Origin: Amoebophrya sp. A120
Taxonomy: Eukaryota; Protista; Dinoflagellata
Assembly: GCA_905178155.1 (NCBI GenBank)
Contig: CAJINV010000017.1
Span: 1 to 64,000, forward strand
Direction of reading: 5' to 3'
Length of the DNA: 64,000 nucleotides
Part shown: piece by piece, positions 13,360 to 25,107 of the stretch
Layout of the letters: each line of letters starts with the position of its first letter
How positions within the stretch are numbered: position 1 is the stretch's first letter
Notes under the pieces: generated by a model
Databases searched by the model: none
Told to the model about the DNA's origin: nothing
What the model saw: the letters and a program-made list of their open reading frames with translations, nothing else
Made by a program: the position numbers and the translations under genes

Positions 13360-15899
13360 ATGGTTATGGCTGACAAATATCCGGCGGTAGAGGACGAGAA
13401 CCACCAGGCGGTGGCAACAACCAGCCTAGCTGGTGATGCACGGGGCGACCTCGACGGTAAAGCTGAAGCATCAATTGGTAGCTGCACTGTGTTCGGGAGC
13501 TCTTGGACAGGTGTGGATGCAGAGCAGCAGCACCAACATTTTGCGACTGCTGCCAAGGCTGAGCAGGAAAGTCCTCGGACACATGGTGAATCTTGCACCT
13601 TCCCGCCGCAGTCTGCATTTTCTGCGCCAGATCTGTTCGAGACCCTTTCTCTCTCCGCGAAATACGTCATGAGCCGGCAGCTCCGCAATCTGATTCGGGA
13701 CGCGAAAAAGCTGCCGCAGACAACAACCTCTGCGGGAAACACCAGCAACGCGTCGTCCACCTCTTCGTCTAAAGAAAACAAGGCGTCCTACTTCAAGAAA
13801 AAACACAAGCTTCTCCAAGCGCATTACGACGATTTGCAGCAGAAGCAGGTCCAGGCGGAGGCGAAAATCAAAATCTTGCACGAGGAGGTGGAAAAGTTGA
13901 GGCTCGAAAAGGACAAATCCGAGCAGAGAAAAACACTACTTGAAAACTTGAACGAAAACTTGAACAAGGACTACAAAATAGCATTCGAAAGCCACGAGGC
14001 TGTGATCAAGGAGGAGCAGGAAAAGCGGCAGGCACTCTCCGAGGAAGTAAACGCGAAGTTGGCCGCGGTGAAAAAGTGCATGTTTGAACAAGCTTTATCC
14101 GATGAAAAACTTTTTGTGGCGTCTGGGAGTGGCTGCTACGAGAGTTCTTGAGATTCCTGTTTGCAAGAACCTTGTATGGTACTTAGTACCCTACATGAGA
14201 ATACTAGATTTTGAGATACACGTGCGATCATGATGTTCGCATCGAGTATTGATGCGAAATGCTTGTCCTTGTGCTGTAAATCCTTCTACATCTACAGCAC
14301 CAGAAGGAGCTAGCGTCTGCTGCATGGAAAACTGCTAAGTATAGACACTGCTACTGCCACTTACGGTTTTTCCTGCGATACCCAGAGCAGAAGAAAATCA
14401 AGTTTCAGGAGACCGACAGGTTACGGGAGAGATTCCGCATCGCGTGCGAAGCCTACAATGCGGAGCAGCCTGTCGCGCCGAAAGCCAGGAAAGCAAAAGC
14501 TGAAGGCACGAGTCAAGATGGAAAAGGTAAAGCTGAAGAAGCTTCCGGGGCGGGGAAGAGAAAATTAGACGACAACGACGTGGATGCAGAAGCGACGAGA
14601 GTAGAAGATATTGTCGAGCAACAAGGCGAAGCTCGTGACAACACCACCAGCAGTAGTGCAGCGCAAGAAGCAGCAACATCCTCTCCTCGGATTGCGGCGA
14701 AGATTGTGGGAGGCAAGCCAATCGACGAGGTGCCCGTCACACATGAAGAAGAAAAAGAAGGCATTGACGTCGACGGCGAACAAGGAAGAAAAAGCTGCAG
14801 TGCCGATGAAGGAGCCCATGACCCTGACCAAGAACCCAAACTACAACCTCCACCGGAACCGAGCCCGGAAGAGGCACGCATTCTCGACATTCAGACTCGC
14901 ATGGCGGAAGCGACAACCAGGTTGAAACAAACGAAGATTCGGGTTCTGCAGGAGGAGAAGAGAAGTATCGAACTCGACCAGCTGAAGGCGGCACTGATCG
15001 AGCAAGAGACGGAATTTATGGGAATGATTTGAAAGGAAGCTTTGATTTGTCGCTGTGTGTCTATGCAACGAGCAACGAGGACATCACTGATTCATGAAGA
15101 AATGTGGACGCGCTTGTTGCGCACGAATAATGTTGTACTTATCGAAACCGAAGTTTGAGTTTGAGTACATCATGTTCTGTCCTTGATGCTGGAACGGACT
15201 TTCTGCAGCAGAGCGCAAATTGATAGGATATTTCAGTTCCATACGCAACTCTACGCGAACGAAATCATTTCAAGAAACAGCTGCTAAGAGCAAGCAAACA
15301 TTGCAAAAATACAAGCGCGAGGTACATCCAGCGTAGTTTTAATGACTTTCAATTTGTCGTGTGCGATTCTTAAATCCGGAGAAACCTTTCCTCTTTCTTT
15401 GCACATCCATCTCTGTGTTTTTTTGTGAAGGAAGACCAATGAAGAAAATCATGCAAATAAGGTTGCGACGCTCCGCCGAGACTGCCAACAAGCGGAAACA
15501 GCAACGCGAAAGCTGAAGGGGAGCGGCGTCATAGGCAGCGACGTCGACGAATACAATAAGCTTGTCCTGCAGGTCGAGGGCCTGGAGAAGCAGCTTGCTT
15601 TAACGAAGCGACCCCCGGGTGTGCTGGAAGCTGAGAAGGACGGCGGAACACTAGGAGGTGCGTGCAGCGGTGGTGACGGTGAAACAAGCGTTGCAGATGG
15701 GGGTAGAAGTAACGCGACGGGTGCAGCAACTGCAAGCGACATGGTCCTCGATCGTGAAAATATAGTTGGTCACAATAGTAACTACGCTTCTACTTCAGCA
15801 CAGGGTGCAACACGTAGCGCCGGTGAGAAAGCCGAACGAAGCGGAATAAAAGCACTGCAGACGATCAGTCCTGGAACGTGCGTATCCACGAGACTATGA
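13360..15899 (+). CDS. taxilin-like coiled-coil protein, about 4 exons
   Basis: Segments EEQEKRQALSEEV, ETDRLRERFR..EAY and SFQETAAKSKQTLQKYKRE resemble the taxilin coiled-coil pattern (recognition only). Introns at ~14092-14381, ~15015-15245 and 15322-15434. Confidence 0.5.
14096..14380. mobile_element. degenerate TAT...ATA introner in the taxilin-like gene
   Basis: TATCCGATGAAAAAC versus reverse complement of the 3' end TATCGCAGGAAAAAC. TSD not recognisable, but removing 285+5 nt restores the frame (FEQ|PEQKKIKFQE). Confidence 0.6.
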
Positions 15900-18800
15900 C
15901 TTCTAGACACTGGAGGCTGATCTGCGAAATTTTTCATGAGCCTAAGCATTGAAGATGAAAAACACATTTCTTCGTCCTTACACAGGAGAGACGAACAAAA
16001 ATGAAGTAGTTTAGAGATCATGCCTTCTTTAGTCAGACACTCTTTTGTCGCCTGCATAAGAAACCAGTGGCGGATCATCGCCGTCGCATGAGAAGGACGA
16101 TCGGAGGACGGAGTCGTGAGCTGGTGTGGTTCATCTCCTGCCGTATACGGAGAGGCTCGTGGTCTCTTTTCGCAGTCTTCAATGCGCCTGACTAGTACGG
16201 GGTAGCGCGCGCACTGCAAAATAGAGCTACATCTGAATGGGGTTACACAAACGAAGGCAATTGTTCCGCTTCCGTTGAGGCACAAAAGGCACGGAGGAGG
16301 AATCATCTTCGAGCACAAAGTAAGACTAAGACGCAACTTCAATTGCAAGAGCTGTTTATAATTTCCAGTGGTTTCTGACGTAAACCTAAATACCGAAACG
16401 GAATATGGAGTCACAGACGGCGGGTCGGTGCACATGCTTATCGTCGATTATGTTCGGGTTATTCATCCCTGCTTCAACCAGCACGGGCGTTGAGCTCCGA
16501 ATTGTAAAGCAACCCGTGAGCCAAAAGGTATGCTTCTCACTTTCCAGATCCAGAGCAAAAGCGTGCGTTGTTGGTCGAGTGATTTTTTCCTCAGTACAAC
16601 AGTAGCAAAAATCCAGTTGCTTGCCACTTTTGTGGAGAGTCTGGGCGAGAGCTTGTGGCCGGCCTTTCCATGGTGTCGAGTGAAAGGGTGAGCGAACAGA
16701 TTCAAGTTGCAGTGAACATTAAATGTCGTGGCATCCACCTTCTTTTTGTTAAGAGGGTGACGAAATAATGTAGTTGTCCGACTAGGTCCGGATAGGATGT
16801 CTGCCACCCACCTAGCTGTGCCGGTGGGCGAGAGGTGCGCAGGCTCAAAGTAAATCTAAACTATGACGAAAGCGGCGCAGTTCGTCGCGTGTCCTTTCCA
16901 GCTCCCGACACGCGGGCACATCGCTCGTGGCGCGGGCGCCCGGACAGGGCCAGCAGTCGCATGGGTCGCAAGTTCTAGGCAGATGAATGCGGAAAACGAT
17001 CCCGGAGGTTGTGGAGCCTGAGGCGAGGGCAAGGTAGGCGACTTGGGACGGCAGTGACCCCCGTCCTGTGTTTGTTCTTTCTGGAAGACGAAGCCCCGGG
17101 AATCCGCACTGCGGCCAGGTGCAACAAAAAGCGATAAACCGGAAGACGCCCGCTCCTCACGCGGGAAAACCGAGACGGAACGAGTCCAGACGAGGGGCAA
17201 AGCCTGGAAGACGGAACGAACGAAGTCGGCGCCCGGCTTCGCCGTGATCCGTCCCGCTGGCTGGCCCGCGTTGCCGCGCTCCGCGGGCTTTTCGGAAGTC
17301 TGCCTGTTCCGGGCTCGCCGGCCTGGCGGCGCCCCCCCGCCCCCGCCCGCGCCCGCCCCTTGTTTTGCCCCGCCTGCCTGATTGGCGCCGGCCGCGGCCT
17401 GCTAACAAACTTACTCGGAAGGGCCCCGCGTTGTGTCTGCGACCCCCCGCGCCGTAGTCAGGCCCCGGCCAGGCAATGGGGCGCCCCCATTCATTGCGAT
17501 TCAATATCAACGTGGATGGGTGCCGCCGCTGCTTTGGCACTACCGGCAGCCGGAGGGGCGGTTTGTTCGCGGTGCGGGGGCCGTGGTGCAAGCAATACCC
17601 ACCGGGCCCCTTGTGAGAGGCCGTAGCGGCCGGAAGTGTGTGTTGCCGCGCCGGCAGCCGGGCAAGTTCTAGGCGAAGTGCGCAACATCTCCCGGGCTAA
17701 CGAGTGCAACAAAAAGGCAACGCGGGCGCGGTCTGTTCCAGCCGTATCGTGGTGGCGCGGCCGGCCCGCCTGCCTTCGGGCGTTGCGCGGTCGGTGGGCG
17801 GATGGGCATGCTCCGGGTGGCTCTGGCATTGTCCGGCGCCTGTCACGTCAGTCGCTGGCCATTGTTGATATTGATATAATTTGCTACACGCGGCTGCCTT
17901 TGCTTTTCGCTGTCTCTATGTTTATTGTGGTGGGCTAGGGCTCGGATAGCAGCTCTGCTCCGGGTGGGCCCTGCTCGCAGGGGCCTCCGCGGAGCTTGCG
18001 CGCCGCGCGAAGTGCTACTTTGCTGCCTGCGCGCCATGTCGCGCACCCATTCAGCAACTCGCCCGACAAGCAGTTGCAGCTTTTCCACGAGGACACGCAG
18101 GATCAAGCTCGCTCCCTGGTGCTGTGAGCCTCCCTGCGAAATAGAAGGCCTCGCTTGTGTGTTTGTCTTCGAACTGCCCAGTGGTATATTGTTGATTGTG
18201 TTCGGACTCGAATTAGCAGAGATCTCGAATTATTTATTGTGTAGCTACTCTCTTCTGCCACGACCGCAGAAATTATTTAGCGATCCGAACTGAATGTGAA
18301 GAAAGCAAAGTGCGACATTCTGTTTGTTCTTTATGTTTATTTGCATCACTTACGCGGACGTCTACGTATCAACTTCGTCTGGCAGGCCCTTGCCGGCGAA
18401 TTTGTATCTTGTTTCCTGTTGTTGAGCTGGAAGATAAGTTTAAGTAGATCCTTATCAGATAGGCCGGGGCTCCTGCGGTCGCGGTCTAGTTCTTGTTTTG
18501 TAGTGTCTGTCTCGTATGATAGATAAACTCATTTTTGATTCTCATTCGTGGCGATGCAAATTTCTCACTCTCACTTAAGATCCAGGAATGGGGCATCAGA
18601 CGAGCTCCATCATGAGTATCTGCCAAATACCGCAGGAGCGCGATTATTGCAATTGCTCACACCCTTGCGCATTTGAGTGCGCGGAAGATTTGTATGTATG
18701 AAGGACACAACAACATCGAACACGATCACGAAAAGATGACGAGATGAAGATCCCGTGACAAACGGAATTTCATGGTCAAGAGCGATTTTCTGATGAATCG

Positions 18801-18957
18801 CACCATTTTGATACTAATATCACTTACAACAACCACCTTCAGTAGATGATATTTTCACGAATACCGCACAAAGCGCAAGCGGCCACGAGGAACATTAAAA
18901 ACAAAAGGTAACAAGGCTAAAGGCAAAAGTGTTCCATCAGGCTCCCTCAACCTCAAC

Positions 18958-19239
18958 ATGCCCGACGCCGACGGCGTGTTGACTCACGACGAGGTAATCG
19001 CCGGGTCGTTGGAAGCGCCCGTCGACCTCGAGACAAACATTTTGTTCATTGTCAAAGGGTCGGTGCTATTTTTCGTCGTTCTCTCCATCTTCCTAGTCTT
19101 CGTCTTCTCGTTGGCGCATTTGCTCAAGGCCCTGGACCGGAAGATTACGCGCAAGAGATACGGAGAGACGTCGGTTGATGCGGGTGGCTCTGCGGGAGAG
19201 GTTGCTTCTGGGGGAAGTAGCCGCGCGCATCTGGACTAG
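18958..19239 (+). CDS. small single-pass membrane protein (hypothetical)
   Basis: 93-aa ATG ORF with hydrophobic stretch SVLFFVVLSIFLVFVFSLAHLL followed by basic residues. Confidence 0.5.
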   Translation: MPDADGVLTHDEVIAGSLEAPVDLETNILFIVKGSVLFFVVLSIFLVFVFSLAHLLKALDRKITRKRYGETSVDAGGSAGEVASGGSSRAHLD

Positions 19240-20514
19240 CGTGTCTTGTTCTGGACTACTGCCAGGTCCTCCGCGGACCTCCAATCGCGGATAAGGGCCT
19301 AAGCCCGAGACGCAACGCAGGACGCCGGCGCCGGACCACTTCTCGGTATGGTCACGGAAATTTCTGACGAGCTGAATCAACGGTGTCAAGGTCTGCGGGG
19401 TGCGTGTGGGGAAGGATCATCCGTATGCGATGTTCAGGTGCATCAACAAGAAAAATAGATGGAAGAACATCTCTGGCACTGAGTGATGGTGACAAATGGA
19501 CTCACGCGTGTGACAAAGGGAGAACAAAGCTTCCAAAGCTGAAAGCCTGTTTTTGCTTTAGAACAAAGCACGTCAGCAGAAGTAGTTGCAGGGTCCGCCG
19601 ACCACGACTCAGCAAAGAAAAATCTACTCCTGATTCTATACTGTGAGTCGGTAAACCCTCGTCGCGCGAGGTGTCCGAAATAAGTTCAGTGTTCCTCATT
19701 CGACATGTCCGAAATAAGTTGACTGGTGTTTGTAAGTTGTAGTAACGTTGGCTATGTTTGACTGGTGTACTGTAGGTTGGAGTTCTGGTTGAAGCCGTTG
19801 CTTACGATCTACATGCTCATGCGAGGTCCTAAGTAGTCCTAGCGAAGGCGGCTTGCTTGAACTTAGTACTCGTAGAACGTTGCATATTGACGATACATTT
19901 TTGATTTCTTTGCGTTATGATCCAGGCCGCAAGACAACATCGAGACACGAAGAAGCAAGCGGTAATACTACTGTAGTACCCCCGGAAAGACAACGAAAAG
20001 AAAGATACAGAACGAAGAGGATCCCTGTCGTGTTTTGACTCGCGTGGGATCGCTTGATTCTTCTTGGGAGGCCAGTTTTGCGTGCAAAGAAGATTGTTTT
20101 TTTTGTTTGGTGCGACGACCTCGACTAAAATCAAGGAGATCCATGATCCATCTTCTTGCGGCGGAGCCTTTGTTTCGCAGCACATCACTTTGCAGACAAC
20201 CAGGTTCACTCTTTTCTTCGTTTCTCGGTTTCCTTCATCACAGTCCTTTTTTTTTACAGAAGATCACAGTTTGATGTCTTGGTCTTGCCTCGAGGAGCGA
20301 CGAGAAATCAAATTTGCCTCGGTCCACAACCAAGCGGAACTTTTCTAACGCTAACTGTCAACAGAAAAAACTTCGTCTTCCATTTTCTTTCTTCAGTAAG
20401 CAGTTGGTTCTAAGAATAGGATTCTCTAGAAGTTTTTTGCTGCCTCCTCCGCTACTTGCGTACGAGCGGCAACGTTCTTGTAAAGTGAACCGCAAGGGCA
20501 CTTCTTCCCTAAAG

Positions 20515-23500
20515 ATGCTTTCTAGGCCAAGGAAATTTCTGATCTTCGCTGCGTTTTGGACGTGGCTGACTCGAGCAGAGGACGTTATGTTCCAGGAAAG
20601 CCTGGTCATGTTGAGCACCACGACCAGATTTTTTAGTGAGCCTTGGTAAGGTACTTACAACTAGTACTGTTACTAGGATGCCATCCTAGTAGCAGTGCTA
20701 GCTGTAAGTACCTTGCCAAGGTGGCGCTCGAAGAAAACTTTGTGGAGCTTTGCAATTATACCCGCTCCGCCACCTCGACAGCCAGTCATTATTATCCTGA
20801 TATGCATTCAGCATTTTCATTTCCACGCACGATCGAGATCATTGATGAGCGCTCAGGTCGGGCCATCTTCATTCGCGTTCGCAACAGATCTTGACTTAAA
20901 TTTGCATGAGGGTTGACCACACGAAAATCTGTTCCCCTTTGCTCAACTTGACGAAACACGTGCATACCTTGGGATGACGCGAAGGAGGTCGACGACGAAC
21001 TAGATGACGACGATGATAAAGAGTTTGCAAAAGAGGTACTACAAACAGGAATGAGAAATAAAGCTTTTTGGGATTTCCAGCAAGATAGAACCAGGGTCCT
21101 TTTAAGCCTGCTTCCATCTCTATCAGAATTGACAAAGGACCTCTTGTTGGTTCCCCGCTGGAGATACTTAATCTTAGGTACTTCTTAGGCCATCAAATAA
21201 ATACTATACACAGCATGAATGATGAATACTTATACCAACTTCATTATTCCAGGTCGAAGCGGACAGTCCGAAAGAAGAGGTAGTCGCGCTCACCGAGGCC
21301 ACTTTTCAGGACTTCGTCAAGAAGAACGAGCGAGTGGTGGTCGAGTTTTACGCTCCCTGGTGCGGCCACTGCAAGCAGCTTGCGCCGGAATACGAAAAAG
21401 CAGCGAAGGGGCTGAAGGCGAAGAAGGCAAAAACAAAGCTCGCAAAAGTAGACGCAACCGTTGAGAGCAAACTCGCCGAGAGCCACAGTGTATCGGGCTA
21501 CCCGACCCTCGTCTACTATGTCAATGGGGTATAGCTGCACTGGTGTTTCATCATGAGTAGAATGTTTCAAAAGCAGCGCTGGTTTCAATGCGTCGTGATA
21601 CATAGCGAAGATTATGGGCTTCGGTTCTTCTCTGTACGTGCGACAGGACGTGGTCATGGGTGAATAAGGTGCATTTATTTCTACTCTCTTCGATACACAT
21701 TACAACAGGAACACTCCGAATATACTGGTCCACGAGATGATAGCGGCATCCAGATTATGAAACGCGAGGCAGCTTTGCAGAATTTGTTTTTGTTCGAAAT
21801 GTCGTTTATATCGCACAACGAAGAGACATGAACTTCTACTTCTCTCGAACTGCAGCTGTAGCAGCCAGGGTGTGCGTAGAAGGAGAAACCTTGCCTTTCC
21901 GTGAAATAAAACTTGTGTGTTTTTAAGAGCTCTGGACCAGCAGAGCTCCCAAAAACAGACAAGGTTCACAACTAAGAATGCGAAAACTGCTGAAAACTCT
22001 GCCTTGCGACTGCATATTCCAGTGGGTAATGGCACGGGAAAGGGACCTAGTCATGGAGTGCGATGATGAAAAGATAAATATCAAGGGGAAATCATGCTGC
22101 AAGTACGGCTTCCAGTGTTGCTTTGCATGATTCTATCTCCTGGGCTTTACCAACGGCCTTCCTACGGCAACAAAAGAAAAATACCGCTGTAGTCCACCTG
22201 AAAGACGCATTTGTATGTCCACAGATGATGCGCCAACCGCTTACTTACGCGAAGACACGGACGCGGATTGAACATCATGCGTTTCTTCATCTGAAGCAAC
22301 GGCGGAAGCACAAGTATTTGTATTTCCCGCTTGATAATTCCAACAGAAATTGCCAACAAGGAAGGAGGTGCTTACTTTTAGTGGCTTCGACTTCTCTTCA
22401 TAATTTCCTTTGGCTACCCTACAAGCTATGATGCAACACAAATGATCACCACGTCCATGAACAAAAGATTCTACTATGAGTGGCTGCCTCTGCTTTCAAT
22501 TTGTGAAATGAAGAATAAATATAATCGCACGAGAACAACAATCATAGGAAATAAATACAAAAAACAGTGAAGTTCATCCTGGTCGCCTCGAACCTCGCGA
22601 GCAAGATTACCTAATGTGAAGACGCGCTGGACACCAGGATATGCAATCAACCTCCATGCGCATGCTCGACCATCCTGGATTGCATGCATTAGCATGATGG
22701 AAACAGATGGGAAGATTTCTATGAGTACTATGAGTATTTTCATTATCGCATGCGCACAACTACACTAAAACGAACTACTGACTCTACTTTCTCGAGTGGT
22801 GTTGTTGTTCCTGGCAGCGTTTGTTTTTTCCTACTGGATGCCGCAATCTGGGAAGGCCGTGGCCGTGAAGAAGGCGATGCAGAAGCTGCAGGGCATGGAC
22901 AAGCAGGACAACTTTCTTGCGTGCTACCACTCCCTGCTGCCATCCTCCGATCCCGAGGAGTCCGCAAAGAAGGAGGACGAGAAAATGGCCACCCTGAAGG
23001 TGATCCGCAAGAACGCCGGGCGACCGGACGACAAGGAACTGAAGTTCGACGGAGGCAAGAAGAACAAGTGGGCCGCGGGCAAGATCTCGGACTGGCTTTT
23101 GAAGCAGGCCGTGTGGCCGCTGATCGGGCAGGACACCCGGGACGGGTGGTATGCATTGCAAAAGTATCGTACTCGTATAAATGCATGACAAATTCCATCA
23201 GCATGAGAAAGAAAATTTGCAATGCGGATTTGACTTGAGAAAGAAATTTGTAATGCACGATTGCAATACGAGTGCGATGCTTTTGCACAGGATAGGTGGT
23301 ACAGCGACGCGAAGCTGTTTGAAACGGCGGGCGTGAAGGAGGTCCTCAGTCTGCAGATCGAAGACTCCGGCGTGGACGATATAAAGTGCAAATATGTCTG
23401 GGTCTGGAAGATTCCGAGACCTGTCATGCATGTTTTGCATGAGCCATAATGTCTGTGATGCATACCCTAGCATCACAGATTTCTGTAGGGCTTCTTGATG

Positions 23501-25107
23501 CCTATCCCGCATGACAAATGCCCTCTCCGCGTAGCAAAAATTATATTCTCTTTGCTGCTCAGGCAATACAGAGTTTTTCGGAATCCAAATGCAGCATCAC
23601 AAGTTACATCCTTCCAGACCCAGACATTTTTGCAATCCATAGACGACCCTCTGATGCAAAAGCTGGTCAAGCTCGCGAGCGACAAAAAGTACTCGAAAAC
23701 GATGAAGGTTGCCGTAAATTCGCTGATGACGGACCCCAAGCCCGAAGCGAAATTTGTGCTGATGAACTACAAGAACGGGGCGAAGCCCTTGAAGTACCTA
23801 CACGACGCGGACGACGTCGACAAATTTGTCAAGGACTACTTCGATGGCAAGCTCAAGCCCAGCTACAAGTCCGCCGACGTTCCAAAGGTATCTATACAAT
23901 TGATAAAAAACTACAAGCACCATCTCCACCAGGTTCTGCAGCAGAGCTGTGCTTCTGATTGATCCGCCCATGCTAACAAGATCCGCCTCACGTAGTACAC
24001 GTTGTCAGAAAGCGGTTCGAAAAGAAGAAGTCACAAATTAATTTGAGAAGATCAAACGAACGCTTTCAGTTTTGCTTTTGCATCACAACCACAATTTTCT
24101 ATCTCAGGATCCGTACGACAAGGACGTGCGAGTGCTCGTTGGGAAGGACTTTGAGCGAGTAGCGTTGGACCCGAAAAAGGACGTGTTCGTGGAGTTCTAC
24201 GCCCCCTGGTGTGGCCACTGCAAAAACCTCGCCCCGGAGTGGGAGGCCCTGGCCCGGAAGGTGCGAAAGTTTGACCCGAAGGGGGACAAGGTGATTGTCG
24301 CAAAGATGGACGCCACCGAGAACGAGAGCATGGAGGAGGTAACCGGGTTCCCATATCGCAAGGGAAAATCCCCCCTCCCCATATTGAAAAGGTATGTTTC
24401 CAAAAATTTGTGTTGCTGATTTGTGGTCACAAATCGCATTTGTCTTGCAAGAAGACAAGGGCAGAAGTTTCCGTCCCATTATGGAAGCGATTTGTCATGC
24501 TGTTGGGCCTAAAGGGCAGCCGTTTTCAATGCTGAGCAACTAGACCCAAACGCCTCGCCTAGCTAGACTGGGGATCTGGCCGCAGTGCCTTCCTGCAATA
24601 CAGGGCTGATTTGTGTACACAAATGCAAATCCAGCATCACAAGTTTCCCATTCGATATGGGGAGGGGGGATTTTTCCTTGCGATATCCGAACGCTGGTCC
24701 TCTACCCGGCAGTGAAGAACTCGTTCAAGAAAAAAATCGCGTTTTCCGGGGCGGCGCGCAAGGAGGCGGACTTGTTGGAGTTCCTGCAGGAAGGTGCGGT
24801 CAACATCGGCGACGAAGTGGATTTGAGCTCGGGAAAGTCGGTGGACAAGTCCAAGTTCAACATGGTAGAAAGAGCTATCCTCCGTAACTGTGACACCGAT
24901 CACCATGACCCGAAGGGCTGTTGTGCGTCGGATGATGAAAATGCGAAATATGTATCTATCACTTGCTTCTAAGATTGATAATTTTTTTTGATTTTGTCAC
25001 GTTTGTTGAGCTCGTGCGCACGGCGAATCGATGGCCATGGTGATCGTTGACACAGTATACCAGAGCGGGCAAGGAAGAAGAAGGGGGGAAAGAAGGAAGA
25101 GTTGTGA
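20515..25107 (+). CDS. PDI: protein disulfide isomerase, about 12 exons
   Basis: Signal-peptide-like MLSRPRKFLIFAAFWTWLTRA; two VEFYAPWCGHCK motifs; GYPTL and GFPTL cis-Pro loops; C-terminal KKEEL* ending 25107. GT-AG introns at 20584-21252 (uncertain), 21529-21708, 22368-22567 and 23888-24107, plus six TIR introns and one unclear intron. Confidence 0.93.
21756..22016. mobile_element. degenerate TAT...ATA introner in PDI
   Basis: TATGAAACGCGAGGCAG versus rc TATGCAGTCGCAAGGCAG. Removing 261+5 nt gives YTGPRDDSGI(L/F)QWV, which matches the usual PDI spacing R-x4-I-V-x-W. Confidence 0.65.
22079..22336. mobile_element. TAT...ATA introner in PDI
   Basis: TATCAAGGGGAAAT versus rc TATCAAGCGGGAAAT. 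Removing 258+5 nt gives DEK-IPTEIANKEG, in phase with the next GT-AG intron. Confidence 0.7.
23150..23294. mobile_element. TAT...ATA introner in PDI, 145 bp, TSD GGTGG
   Basis: TATGCATTGCAAAAGTATCGTACTCGTAT versus rc TATCCTGTGCAAAAGCATCGCACTCGTAT. Exact GGTGG on both sides. Removal gives RDGWYSDAKL. Confidence 0.9.
23380..23641. mobile_element. TAT...ATA introner in PDI, 262 bp, TSD GACGA
   Basis: ~31-bp TIR with core ATGTCTGGGTCTGGAAG. Exact GACGA at 23375-79 and 23642-46. Removal gives SGVDDPLMQK. Confidence 0.92.
24354..24685. mobile_element. TAT...ATA introner in PDI, 332 bp, TSD TCCCA/TCCGA
   Basis: ~35-bp near-perfect TIR TATCGCAAGG(G/A)AAAATCCCCCCTCCCCATAT. Removing 337 nt gives VTGFPTLVLYP. 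Confidence 0.92.
24876..25059. mobile_element. TAT...ATA introner before the last PDI exon
   Basis: Inverted repeat ACTGTGACACCGATCACCATGACC versus rc ACTGTGTCAACGATCACCATGGCC. Removing 184+5 nt puts the gene into the frame ending ERARKKKGGKKEEL*. Confidence 0.75.

Noticed and set aside
1914-19845. Dispersed TAGGACTA motif (~1918, 9741, 13086, reverse at ~19834)
   Set aside because: Too short and too few occurrences to distinguish from chance.
24871-25066. AGAGC repeat as TSD of the last PDI element
   Set aside because: Removing 191 nt misses the KEEL frame, whereas 189 nt reaches it.
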